IMG/VR virus record: IMGVR_UViG_3300015608_000414
Coordinates: 1-64,000 of that record
Direction: 5' to 3' (one strand)
From: an uncultured virus (IMG/VR IMGVR_UViG_3300015608_000414)
Taxonomy: Duplodnaviria; Heunggongvirae; Uroviricota; Caudoviricetes
Length of the DNA stretch: 64,000 nt
The translations under genes were made by a program, and so were the position numbers. Position 1 is the first letter of the stretch, and each line of letters starts with the position of its first letter. Positions 38,845-47,290 of the stretch are shown one piece after another. Under the pieces are notes generated by a model that was given only the letters and a program-made list of their open reading frames with translations, searched no databases and had not been told where the DNA came from.

Positions 38845-40370
38845 TGTTATTTGAGATAAGCGAAGATAGTAGATTTTTAGTACTCCTTGAGGCTACCGAG
38901 CTTGAATTGGAACAAATTAGAATTACGTTAACTAAACAAGTACATAATGCTAAATTTAATCCAAGAGTAAAGAACGGTTACTGGGATGGGTATTATTGCT
39001 ATTTATATAAAGACCGTTATATACCTATTGGTTTATGGCGTGAACTTGTAGATATGGCTAAGAAATTTAATTATCCAATTTATTTCAAAAACCTTACTGA
39101 CTTATTTGATAATAATATTAATCTTGACGATTTTACTAAATGGGCTAATGACTTCTTTGAAGGATTTACTTTAGATGGTAAGGAAACTAAACCAAGAGAA
39201 TATCAAATTGAAACAGCATTCAGAATTCTTAAATTTAGAAAATGTTCAGCTGAGTTAGCAACTTCAGCTGGAAAAACAATGATAAGCTTTTTAACGATAG
39301 CTTATATGTTGCAAAAGGGTTTAGCTAAAAGAATTTTATTTATTGTACCTAACGTTAGTTTAGTTAATCAAGCTGAAGAAGATTTTTATGCATTTAATAA
39401 TAAGAATCAAGTAAAGCTTAAGACTGAAGCTATTTACTCTGGTCAAAAACCTAAAAAAGAGAGTAATGTAGTTATTGGTACATATCAATCTTTGGTTAAA
39501 AAGAAAGAAGAATATTTCGAAGACTTTGATGCAGTTATTGTAGATGAGATGCATAAAGTAAAAGCTGTATCAATTAAAAGCATATTAGAAAAATGTGTTA
39601 ATGTTGAATACAGATACGGATTAACAGGTACATTTCCTAAACCAGGTACTTTAGATAGATTAACATTAATGTGTTATACAGGACCGTTAGTTAATGAAGT
39701 TAATGCTGCTTTCTTACAAAAGAAAGGGTTTGTTGCTAAATGTGAAGTTAAAGTTATTCAACTTGATTATGCTCCTGATGAAGTAAAAGAAGCATTCCAT
39801 AAATTATCAAAAAATCCTGACCCTGAACAACGTAAGAAAGTTTATAACTTAGAGCAAAACTATGTTATAGCAAATGCTGCTCGATTAAATATGATAACTG
39901 ATATCATTGGTAAATCGACTAAAAACTCTCTTGTATTATTCCATAGGATAGAGCATGGTGAAGAAATCTATAATACACTTAGAAAGAAATGTCCAGATAA
40001 ATTAGTATATTATGTAGATGGTGGTATTAGCGACCAACTACGTGAGGCTTATAAAAAGAAAATGGAACAAAATGACAACGTTATTCTTGTTGCTAGTTTT
40101 GGTACTTTTAGTACAGGTATAAGCATTAAAAACATTCATAATATTTTCTTTACTGAATCATTTAAATCTGAAATTATAATTAGACAAAGTATAGGTCGTG
40201 GATTAAGATTACATGATAAAAAGGATAAATTGGTAATCATAGATTTCGTAGATGATTTCACTTGGGGTAACTGGCAGAATAAGTTATACAAACACGGTAA
40301 AGAACGTCAGGCTATATACGAAGACCAAAGCTTCCCGTATGAGGTTAAGAAGCTAAGGTTCGCTGCTTAA
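38844..40370 (+). CDS. uvsW: SF2 DNA helicase UvsW
   Basis: YWDG, PREYQ, ATSAGKT, DEMH, GLTGT, TFSTGISIK, QSIGRGLR. Confidence 0.92.
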   Translation: MLFEISEDSRFLVLLEATELELEQIRITLTKQVHNAKFNPRVKNGYWDGYYCYLYKDRYIPIGLWRELVDMAKKFNYPIYFKNLTDLFDNNINLDDFTKWANDFFEGFTLDGKETKPREYQIETAFRILKFRKCSAELATSAGKTMISFLTIAYMLQKGLAKRILFIVPNVSLVNQAEEDFYAFNNKNQVKLKTEAIYSGQKPKKESNVVIGTYQSLVKKKEEYFEDFDAVIVDEMHKVKAVSIKSILEKCVNVEYRYGLTGTFPKPGTLDRLTLMCYTGPLVNEVNAAFLQKKGFVAKCEVKVIQLDYAPDEVKEAFHKLSKNPDPEQRKKVYNLEQNYVIANAARLNMITDIIGKSTKNSLVLFHRIEHGEEIYNTLRKKCPDKLVYYVDGGISDQLREAYKKKMEQNDNVILVASFGTFSTGISIKNIHNIFFTESFKSEIIIRQSIGRGLRLHDKKDKLVIIDFVDDFTWGNWQNKLYKHGKERQAIYEDQSFPYEVKKLRFAA

Positions 40371-40456
40371 TTCAGATATATAATAAAAGTTACAATATAA
40401 TATAGTCAGGTAGGCTGTGTATTGATAACAAAGGAAATAAAATAAACCTTATAATA

Positions 40457-40915
40457 ATGTCTGGAATGAAACACATTAAAAATTTCGCGACTTTTTCTCA
40501 AGCGTTATCAGCGCAAAATGAGCAAAAGAAATTACAGGAAAAAGCAGGTGCTCAAAAGAAGTATGCTGATTTTTTCATGAGCTTATTACAAAAATATGAT
40601 GTATCTTCACCATCTGAATTAGATGCTGAAAAGAAAAAAGCTTTCTTTGATGAAGTTGATAAAGGATGGAAACAAGAAGAATCTACATCAGCTTCTACAC
40701 AACAAATTGAAGAGTCTATGTCTACTGAAGATTTAGATGAAAGTTTAATTGCTGACCTTGCATCATTCCCAATTGAAGAAAGAAATGGTTTTCTAGGCGC
40801 TTACCATAGTGCTAAAAAAGAAGGTAAAACATCTTTTCAATTTAAAGAGAAAGTTTACGAAATAAAAGCTAAAATTCCTGCAGCTGCAGCGAAGGTTAAC
40901 GAAACTGAAAAATAG
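40457..40915 (+). CDS. Putative head-internal protein
   Basis: MKHIKNFATF N-terminus; YADFF..LQKYDVSSPSEL..KKAFFDEVDKGW; late promoter at 40375. Confidence 0.5.
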   Translation: MSGMKHIKNFATFSQALSAQNEQKKLQEKAGAQKKYADFFMSLLQKYDVSSPSELDAEKKKAFFDEVDKGWKQEESTSASTQQIEESMSTEDLDESLIADLASFPIEERNGFLGAYHSAKKEGKTSFQFKEKVYEIKAKIPAAAAKVNETEK

Positions 40916-40925
40916 TAACAGTATA

Positions 40926-42230
40926 ATGAAACTGAAAACTTTATTTGAATTCACAGCTGAAAGAAAAAATAAACCAAAACAAGTAATTGAAGAAGGTTTA
41001 ATAAATGAAGGCGGTGCCTTTGGGCATATGAGTCATCCATTTGATGATATCACTTTATCATTTGACCAAATTTCTGAACTTACTGAAATTGCTTTAAGTG
41101 GTGAAATAAGTAAAGAAGAAGTTGCAACTGAAAAACTAGACGGACAAGCATTAGCTATATCATGGAAGGACGGTAGATTAATCGCTGCAAGAAATAAAGG
41201 AGATAGAAAGAACTTCGGTGAAAATGCTCCTGATGTACAAGGTGTAATAGATAAATTTGCTGGAAGAGGCGGATTGTCTGATGCATTTGGATACGCAGCA
41301 GCCGACCTTGAAAATGCTTTAATGAGTTTAAGACCTAGTGACCTTGAAGAAATTTTTGGTAATGGTTCTAAATTTATGCATTTAGAAATAGTATACCCTG
41401 AAACTAAAAACGTTATTAATTATGACGTTGCTAATTTAATATTCCATTCAGTGACTGAATACGATGTTGATGGGGAGCCTATTAGTGATGATAAGTCTAG
41501 TGCTAAGAAGTTACAAAAATTAATTAAAAGCGTTAATGCTGATATACAAAAACACTTTAGTATAGTAGAACCTGTAGCTCTTAAATTACCTAGAATAATT
41601 AACTTTGATGATAAATTAAATTACTTCAATAAAAAATTATCTAAAATTCAAAATGAATATGGATTAAGTGGTAGTTCAACAATTGAAGATTATTTAAGAA
41701 ATCAATTCATGGAAGATATTGATAATAAAGATAAAGACCAAGAATTAACATCACAAGAAATTGAAGGTTTACTTAGAAGATGGGTTAACTTTGATAAAAC
41801 TTTTACTTTAAGAGGCTTAAGTCCTAAAGTAAGAAATTCTAGTTTAGGTTCATGGTTAGAAGCATATGATAAAAAAGAAGCAATATCTAATTATAAAAAA
41901 TATATTGAACCGTTAGAATTATACTTTTTAGAATTAGGTGCAACTATACTTAAAAATATGAGTGGATTCTTAGCTGCTAATCCAGAACAGGCTGTACAGG
42001 ATATTAGAGATGAAGTAAATAAAACTATTAAAGAATTAGAATCTAAAGGCGATATCACTAAAATGAATAAGTTAAGTGATTTAGTTAGAAAGATAAATGC
42101 TATTGGTGGTTTTAATGCTATAGTACCTACTGAAGGTATTGTATTTACTTATAAAGGAAAAACATATAAATTTACAGGTGCATTCGCACCTATTAATCAA
42201 ATAACAGGTTCATTAAAATTCGGAAACTAA
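40926..42230 (+). CDS. RNA-ligase-like covalent nucleotidyltransferase (KxDG family)
   Basis: Motif I TEKLDG, Ia ARNK, III HLEIV, IIIa LIFH, IV EGIVF, V YKF; N-terminal GGAFGHMSHPFDD. Confidence 0.65.
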   Translation: MKLKTLFEFTAERKNKPKQVIEEGLINEGGAFGHMSHPFDDITLSFDQISELTEIALSGEISKEEVATEKLDGQALAISWKDGRLIAARNKGDRKNFGENAPDVQGVIDKFAGRGGLSDAFGYAAADLENALMSLRPSDLEEIFGNGSKFMHLEIVYPETKNVINYDVANLIFHSVTEYDVDGEPISDDKSSAKKLQKLIKSVNADIQKHFSIVEPVALKLPRIINFDDKLNYFNKKLSKIQNEYGLSGSSTIEDYLRNQFMEDIDNKDKDQELTSQEIEGLLRRWVNFDKTFTLRGLSPKVRNSSLGSWLEAYDKKEAISNYKKYIEPLELYFLELGATILKNMSGFLAANPEQAVQDIRDEVNKTIKELESKGDITKMNKLSDLVRKINAIGGFNAIVPTEGIVFTYKGKTYKFTGAFAPINQITGSLKFGN

Positions 42231-44158
42231 TGATTAATACATTATCAAACATATACAAACAACAAGGTAATGAAATCATTGATAAAATATTCAATGACCA
42301 CTTAATAGTGTCTGAACAAATAGATGGTTCAAGATTCTTATTTCAAAAGCTGCCTGATAATACTATAGTTTATTATAAAAAAGACGGCGAACAAATTAAC
42401 TACATTGATAGAACTTTAATGAAGTTTTATGAGAATGCTATTACATTTATTGAAAATATGCCAATAGCTATTAAAGTTAATTTACCAGATTACTGGACTT
42501 TTGGATTCCAGTATTTTCCATCATCAGCACCTATTAATATTGTATATGATAGAATGCCAAAGAATCATTTAATATTAACTGATATCTCTATTAGAAATGA
42601 AGTAGGTAGAACAACTAAAGTAATTCATGATGCTAAAGTATTAAGAGACTGGGCTGCTAAGATTGATGTAGAACAGCCTCCAATTATTTTTAATGGAAGA
42701 TTAAGTGATTTTCAAAAGAGTCAGCTAAAAAGATTCCTAGAAACCCCTGATGAAGATTTAATTCAGTTATTTAAAACGCAATCATTCACTAGATACATTA
42801 TATCAATTTTAAATCCAAAATTAACAAGTAGTGCGTTGATGAATGATTTAGATAAACCAATTGAAGGTATTAATTTTAAATTCATAGGTTCTAATAAATC
42901 TGAAGTAGTAAATGCTAAAGTAATAGACCCTATATTTTTTAATAGTTCTAAAGAAGTAAAAGAAACTCCTAGAAAAGCTAATGATATGTATCAAATCGTA
43001 ATGCTTGACATAGTTGAATTCTTTGAAGAACAGGATATTGATAAGATACTATTAACAAACACTAGTCCTGAAGAAAGATATGTTGAGTTAATATCAAGTA
43101 TCTTTAATGATTACGTTAATAAAAACGGTCATAAATATTTTGGTATTGACTTTGAATCTCCAGACTTTTCAAAGAGACCAGAATTTGATGTTAACTTAGA
43201 ATTTATTAAAAATCCAAGAACTAGAGAGTTAATTCAGAATGAATATTTAAGAAATTTATTTAAAATATTATTAAGTTCTTTCCGTAAGTATAGAAAATAT
43301 CCTACTGATATTTTAACACAAACAATTATTGATAGTATAAATTCTATTATTAATAAAATAGAAAATAAGATTATGGATTCAGAACAGAAATTTGACAGTG
43401 CTGTAGATTTCCAAACTTTTTTAAGTAAATCACATATTAAAGAAAGTGCAAGTGAATTTGAACAAGAAATATTTGAAGGTTTAAACTTACACAGTAAAGA
43501 ACAAGGTTTAAAGAAAGTAAATATTTTTGTTGGTAGATTTCAGCCGTTTACATTAGGTCATGCTAAAGTATTTGAAACATTACATAAAGAAAATAAATTA
43601 CCTGTAGTTGTTTTAATTGTAAGAAGTGGTAAAAGAGCTGATGAAAAAGCCCCATTTGATGAAGATACTCAAATGAGATTATTTGCAGCAATGCAAAAAG
43701 AATATAAATTTTTAGAAGCAATTTATATTATAAATAATGCTTCAATTGATTCTATATTTAATCAATTAAGACCTGCTTATGAACCAGTTCTTTGGGGTAC
43801 AGGTACTGATAGATATAATTCTTATAATAGAATGATATCTAGATATAAAGAAGAATTAAATGCATTAGATGAATTTGAACCTTATGAAATTAAAAGAGGC
43901 GATGAGGATATTAGTGCAACTAAAGTAAGAAATGCATTAAAGATAGGCGATAAAGATACATTTAAAAGAATGGTTCCTAAGTCAATACATAAATTCTTTG
44001 ACGAATTAAAATATATTATTGAACAAGTATCTGAAAGCGATGCACTTACATTTAATGATTTTATTAAAAGTAACAATTTAAACGAATCAGTAGAGAATAA
44101 AACAGAAAGATTTAAACATATCTACAAATCTGAAAATAAATTAAATGAAGATGAGTAA
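42230..44158 (+). CDS. Fusion: degenerate RNA-ligase-like domain + HIGH-type nucleotidyltransferase (NMNAT/cytidylyltransferase-like)
   Basis: SEQIDG (K>Q), PPIIFNG, EGINF, AKVID; C-terminal GRFQPFTLGH, GTDR, ISATKVR. Confidence 0.7.
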   Translation: MINTLSNIYKQQGNEIIDKIFNDHLIVSEQIDGSRFLFQKLPDNTIVYYKKDGEQINYIDRTLMKFYENAITFIENMPIAIKVNLPDYWTFGFQYFPSSAPINIVYDRMPKNHLILTDISIRNEVGRTTKVIHDAKVLRDWAAKIDVEQPPIIFNGRLSDFQKSQLKRFLETPDEDLIQLFKTQSFTRYIISILNPKLTSSALMNDLDKPIEGINFKFIGSNKSEVVNAKVIDPIFFNSSKEVKETPRKANDMYQIVMLDIVEFFEEQDIDKILLTNTSPEERYVELISSIFNDYVNKNGHKYFGIDFESPDFSKRPEFDVNLEFIKNPRTRELIQNEYLRNLFKILLSSFRKYRKYPTDILTQTIIDSINSIINKIENKIMDSEQKFDSAVDFQTFLSKSHIKESASEFEQEIFEGLNLHSKEQGLKKVNIFVGRFQPFTLGHAKVFETLHKENKLPVVVLIVRSGKRADEKAPFDEDTQMRLFAAMQKEYKFLEAIYIINNASIDSIFNQLRPAYEPVLWGTGTDRYNSYNRMISRYKEELNALDEFEPYEIKRGDEDISATKVRNALKIGDKDTFKRMVPKSIHKFFDELKYIIEQVSESDALTFNDFIKSNNLNESVENKTERFKHIYKSENKLNEDE

Positions 44159-44675
44159 TCTAAAGAAATTTAAAGACTTTCAGAATGGTGAATTAAATGA
44201 GAAGAAGATTGTACATAAAAGGAAGTACACTGAAAAATTCCCATCTAAACACTCTTATAGTAATTCTAAAATCAAAGCTAAAATATTAGAAGCTATTGGT
44301 GATAAAAAAATTACTAAAGAAGAATTTAATAAAATAATTCAAGAATTAGACGCTAATAAAAGATGGTCTTCTAGAAACATGCATTTATTTAAAATGAATG
44401 AAGAAGGTATAACACTTTCTAAAGTTGGTAAAATCATGTATGAGAAGTCTAAGTTAATTGAAAGTATAATGTTAAATCCAGGTATGAATGTTGTAGGTAT
44501 GGGACCTGTTAAGTTTCCAGGTAATGCAGGTACAACAACAGCATTTCATGGGCAAAATATAGGTTCAGGTGATGCTCCTATGTTTATTGTAGACCCTTCA
44601 GATAAAAAGGATGATACTGAAGAAGTTAAGAGAAAGCTTAAAAAGAAAAAGAAGAAGGGTAATGAAGAGTTATAA
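44145..44675 (+). CDS. Putative head-internal basic protein
   Basis: LKKFKDF..LNE N-terminus; Lys-rich; GMGPVKFP..GSGD motif. Confidence 0.45.
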   Translation: MKMSNLKKFKDFQNGELNEKKIVHKRKYTEKFPSKHSYSNSKIKAKILEAIGDKKITKEEFNKIIQELDANKRWSSRNMHLFKMNEEGITLSKVGKIMYEKSKLIESIMLNPGMNVVGMGPVKFPGNAGTTTAFHGQNIGSGDAPMFIVDPSDKKDDTEEVKRKLKKKKKKGNEEL

Positions 44676-45180
44676 AATAAAGAAAAATTCACATTATAGT
44701 GGATTTCACTTTAGGCCATTTTTATGTGCTAGTACTCTATCATTTAATTTTACATTTAATGATTCATGTAAATATGATTTACATAATATAGACCAGTATG
44801 ATATTAATAAACTTACTGGTCTTTCTTTTGGATATCACCATAATAATTCAATAAGATTAGGATGGAGATATAATACTCAAACAAGTCAAATCGATTTATA
44901 CCCTTATATTTATTATCTTAGTAATAAACCAAAGGGTTATTTAGTACCTGTAATAGCTTCAGTAAATATAAATGAAAAAGTCTTCGGTAAAATTATAAGA
45001 AGTAAAAATTCATATAGAATAATGCTTTATAATAAAACAGAAATAATAGCTGATTATTTATTTGAAATCGATTCTGATATAATTCCAAACGTAGGATATA
45101 TTTTATTTCCATATTTTGGAGGAAACATGAAAGCTCCGCACGATATTACAATCCAACTTGATTTCGATATCATAAAATAA
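44662..45180 (+). CDS. Hypothetical beta-sandwich protein
   Basis: Likely start is ATG 44662 (MKSYKIKK); DINKL.G, SIRLGWRY, FPYFGG motifs. Confidence 0.5.
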   Translation: MKSYKIKKNSHYSGFHFRPFLCASTLSFNFTFNDSCKYDLHNIDQYDINKLTGLSFGYHHNNSIRLGWRYNTQTSQIDLYPYIYYLSNKPKGYLVPVIASVNINEKVFGKIIRSKNSYRIMLYNKTEIIADYLFEIDSDIIPNVGYILFPYFGGNMKAPHDITIQLDFDIIK

Positions 45181-45181
45181 T

Positions 45182-45210
45182 TGAAACATCTTAACAATCT
45201 ATTCATATAA
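45182..45210 (+). promoter_or_regulatory. Putative early/middle promoter
   Basis: TGAAAC-N16-CATATAA upstream of dUTPase/polymerase. Confidence 0.65.
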
Positions 45211-45225
45211 GAATAAATTAATTAT

Positions 45226-45669
45226 ATGAAAATATTAAAAACTAGAGATGTTAAGACTCCAACGCGAGCTAATCCAACTGATGCAGGTATCGATTTTTTT
45301 ATTCCAAATGATTTCGTATCTAAAACTTTAAACCACAACGAAGCTGTATTAATTCCTGCAGGAGTTAAAGTTTGTATTCCTGAAGGACATGCGCTTATCG
45401 CATTTAATAAGTCAGGTGTTGCAACTAAAAAGAATTTAGTTATCGGAGCTTGTGTAATCGATGAACCTTATCAAGGTGAAGTCCATATACATGTTATCAA
45501 TGTTGGTAAAGAACCACAAATTTTAAATGCAGGTGATAAAATCACACAATTTATCTGTTTACCAATAAATTATGTAACAGTTGAGGAAGTTAAAGATGAA
45601 TTCGAACTTTACAATGGTTTAGTTTCGACAAGAGGTGAAGGTGGTTTCGGGTCAACTGGTACAAAATAA
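45226..45669 (+). CDS. dut: Trimeric dUTPase
   Basis: DAGIDF, KSG, VIDEPYQGE, GDKITQ, RGEGGFGSTG. Confidence 0.95.
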   Translation: MKILKTRDVKTPTRANPTDAGIDFFIPNDFVSKTLNHNEAVLIPAGVKVCIPEGHALIAFNKSGVATKKNLVIGACVIDEPYQGEVHIHVINVGKEPQILNAGDKITQFICLPINYVTVEEVKDEFELYNGLVSTRGEGGFGSTGTK

Positions 45670-45703
45670 GATTATCACTTATAAAAATAAATTCACATAA
45701 ATT

Positions 45704-47119
45704 ATGTTATTAGATATAGAAGAAGTAGAAAACCAATTAATCATTTCTTATTACGATAAGAATGGTCGAGTTGCATTTAAACATTATGATACTGAAAATA
45801 TCTATAACTGGCAAGTATGTGAAGAAAATGATAAAAGAAAAGATAAGACTTTAATTAATTGGGATGGCAAACCTATTAAAAAATATAAAGGTAAAGCAAT
45901 TAATAAACATTCATTAATTAATTTCTTAGATTCTTTATCTAAAGAAGATTCTGACGAAATCTTTGATTACAACTTTCCTAAAACATATTTCTTCGATATT
46001 GAGGTTAGAATGACTGAAATTGGTCGCGACTCATTAGATACTACTGCAGCTAAAAATGAAGTATTAACTATATCATTATTAACACCAGAAGGTAAAGCTG
46101 TAGTAATGGGAACTAGAGATTTAGATAAAAAATCTCAAAATAAAATTGCAAAAGAAATAAATAAATACTTTGAAAAATTCGATGCAAACTTTGAGTTTGT
46201 TTATAAGAAATTTAATTCAGAATATGATATGCTTTATACATTCATGCAAATGGTATCTAAAATACCAATGTTGTCTGGATGGTATTGTATTGGTTATGAC
46301 TGGTCTTATTTAGTTTCTAGATGTAAAAGACTTGGTATCGACCCAAGTATTTCTTCACCTACAGGTAAGTTAAATAAAGATGGTACTCCTATGCATGTAG
46401 GTATGTTAGACTACGCTGAACTTTATATGAACTGGGATAGGTCAGTTGGTATTAAAGAAAATGGTAAATTAAACACTGCGTCTAAGCAAGTATTAGGTAC
46501 AACTAAAATTACATACGAAGACAATTTACAAAAACTATATGATACTGATTATGAAAGATACGTTTATTACAACGCTGTCGATGGTATATTAGTACACTAT
46601 ATAGACCAGAAATTAAAAACAATGCAAATTGTTCTTACATTATCTAATATTTGTAAAATAGGATTATATAAAGCAAGTTCACCTGTTGCGATTACTGAGT
46701 CATTTTTATCAAGAGCTTTAAGAGCTGAGGGTAAAATGATGGCAACTAACTGGAATGAAACAAAGAAAACTGGTCAATACGTTGGTGCATATGTTAAAAC
46801 ACCAGTAGTTGGTAAACATAGAGGTGTTGCTTGTTTTGACTACGCTTCACTATATCCGTCTATCATGAGACAGTTTAATATCAGTCCAGACGTTTATATT
46901 GAGAAATTAAGTAAATCACAAATAGAGTCAAAAAGAAAGCAGCTAGCAGGTAAATCTATCATAACTAGTAATGGTTGTGTTTTTAATGCTAGTGAACCTT
47001 CAATTTTAAATAAGGTTTTAACAGATTTATACGCGAAACGTAAGGAATATAAGAAGAAGAGTTTTGAGTATAAAATGTGCGTAGCGGCATGCCAGGAGAA
47101 ACTTTCTAAAATAAAATAG
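45704..47119 (+). CDS. Family B DNA polymerase, N-terminal subunit (3'-5' exonuclease + motif A)
   Basis: FDIEV (ExoI), GWYCIGYDWSYL (ExoII), YNAVD (ExoIII), YVGAYV, FDYASLYPSIMRQFNISP, LYAKRKEYKK. Confidence 0.92.
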   Translation: MLLDIEEVENQLIISYYDKNGRVAFKHYDTENIYNWQVCEENDKRKDKTLINWDGKPIKKYKGKAINKHSLINFLDSLSKEDSDEIFDYNFPKTYFFDIEVRMTEIGRDSLDTTAAKNEVLTISLLTPEGKAVVMGTRDLDKKSQNKIAKEINKYFEKFDANFEFVYKKFNSEYDMLYTFMQMVSKIPMLSGWYCIGYDWSYLVSRCKRLGIDPSISSPTGKLNKDGTPMHVGMLDYAELYMNWDRSVGIKENGKLNTASKQVLGTTKITYEDNLQKLYDTDYERYVYYNAVDGILVHYIDQKLKTMQIVLTLSNICKIGLYKASSPVAITESFLSRALRAEGKMMATNWNETKKTGQYVGAYVKTPVVGKHRGVACFDYASLYPSIMRQFNISPDVYIEKLSKSQIESKRKQLAGKSIITSNGCVFNASEPSILNKVLTDLYAKRKEYKKKSFEYKMCVAACQEKLSKIK

Positions 47120-47290
47120 AAATTTTTTCAGCAAAAAATCAACAACTTTTATATGTTCAATAATATATAATTAACACTATAAAAGTGATTTAAAAACATA
47201 CAATCCCAAGATATTTCATTGTAATTAATTACATAATGCATGTTAATTATGATGAATGGCTGGGCTTTTTAAAAATAAGTAAAAATAATA

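Noticed and set aside
47120..47290. Cobalamin riboswitch before nrdJ
   Set aside because: Too short and AT-rich, and lacks B12-box motifs
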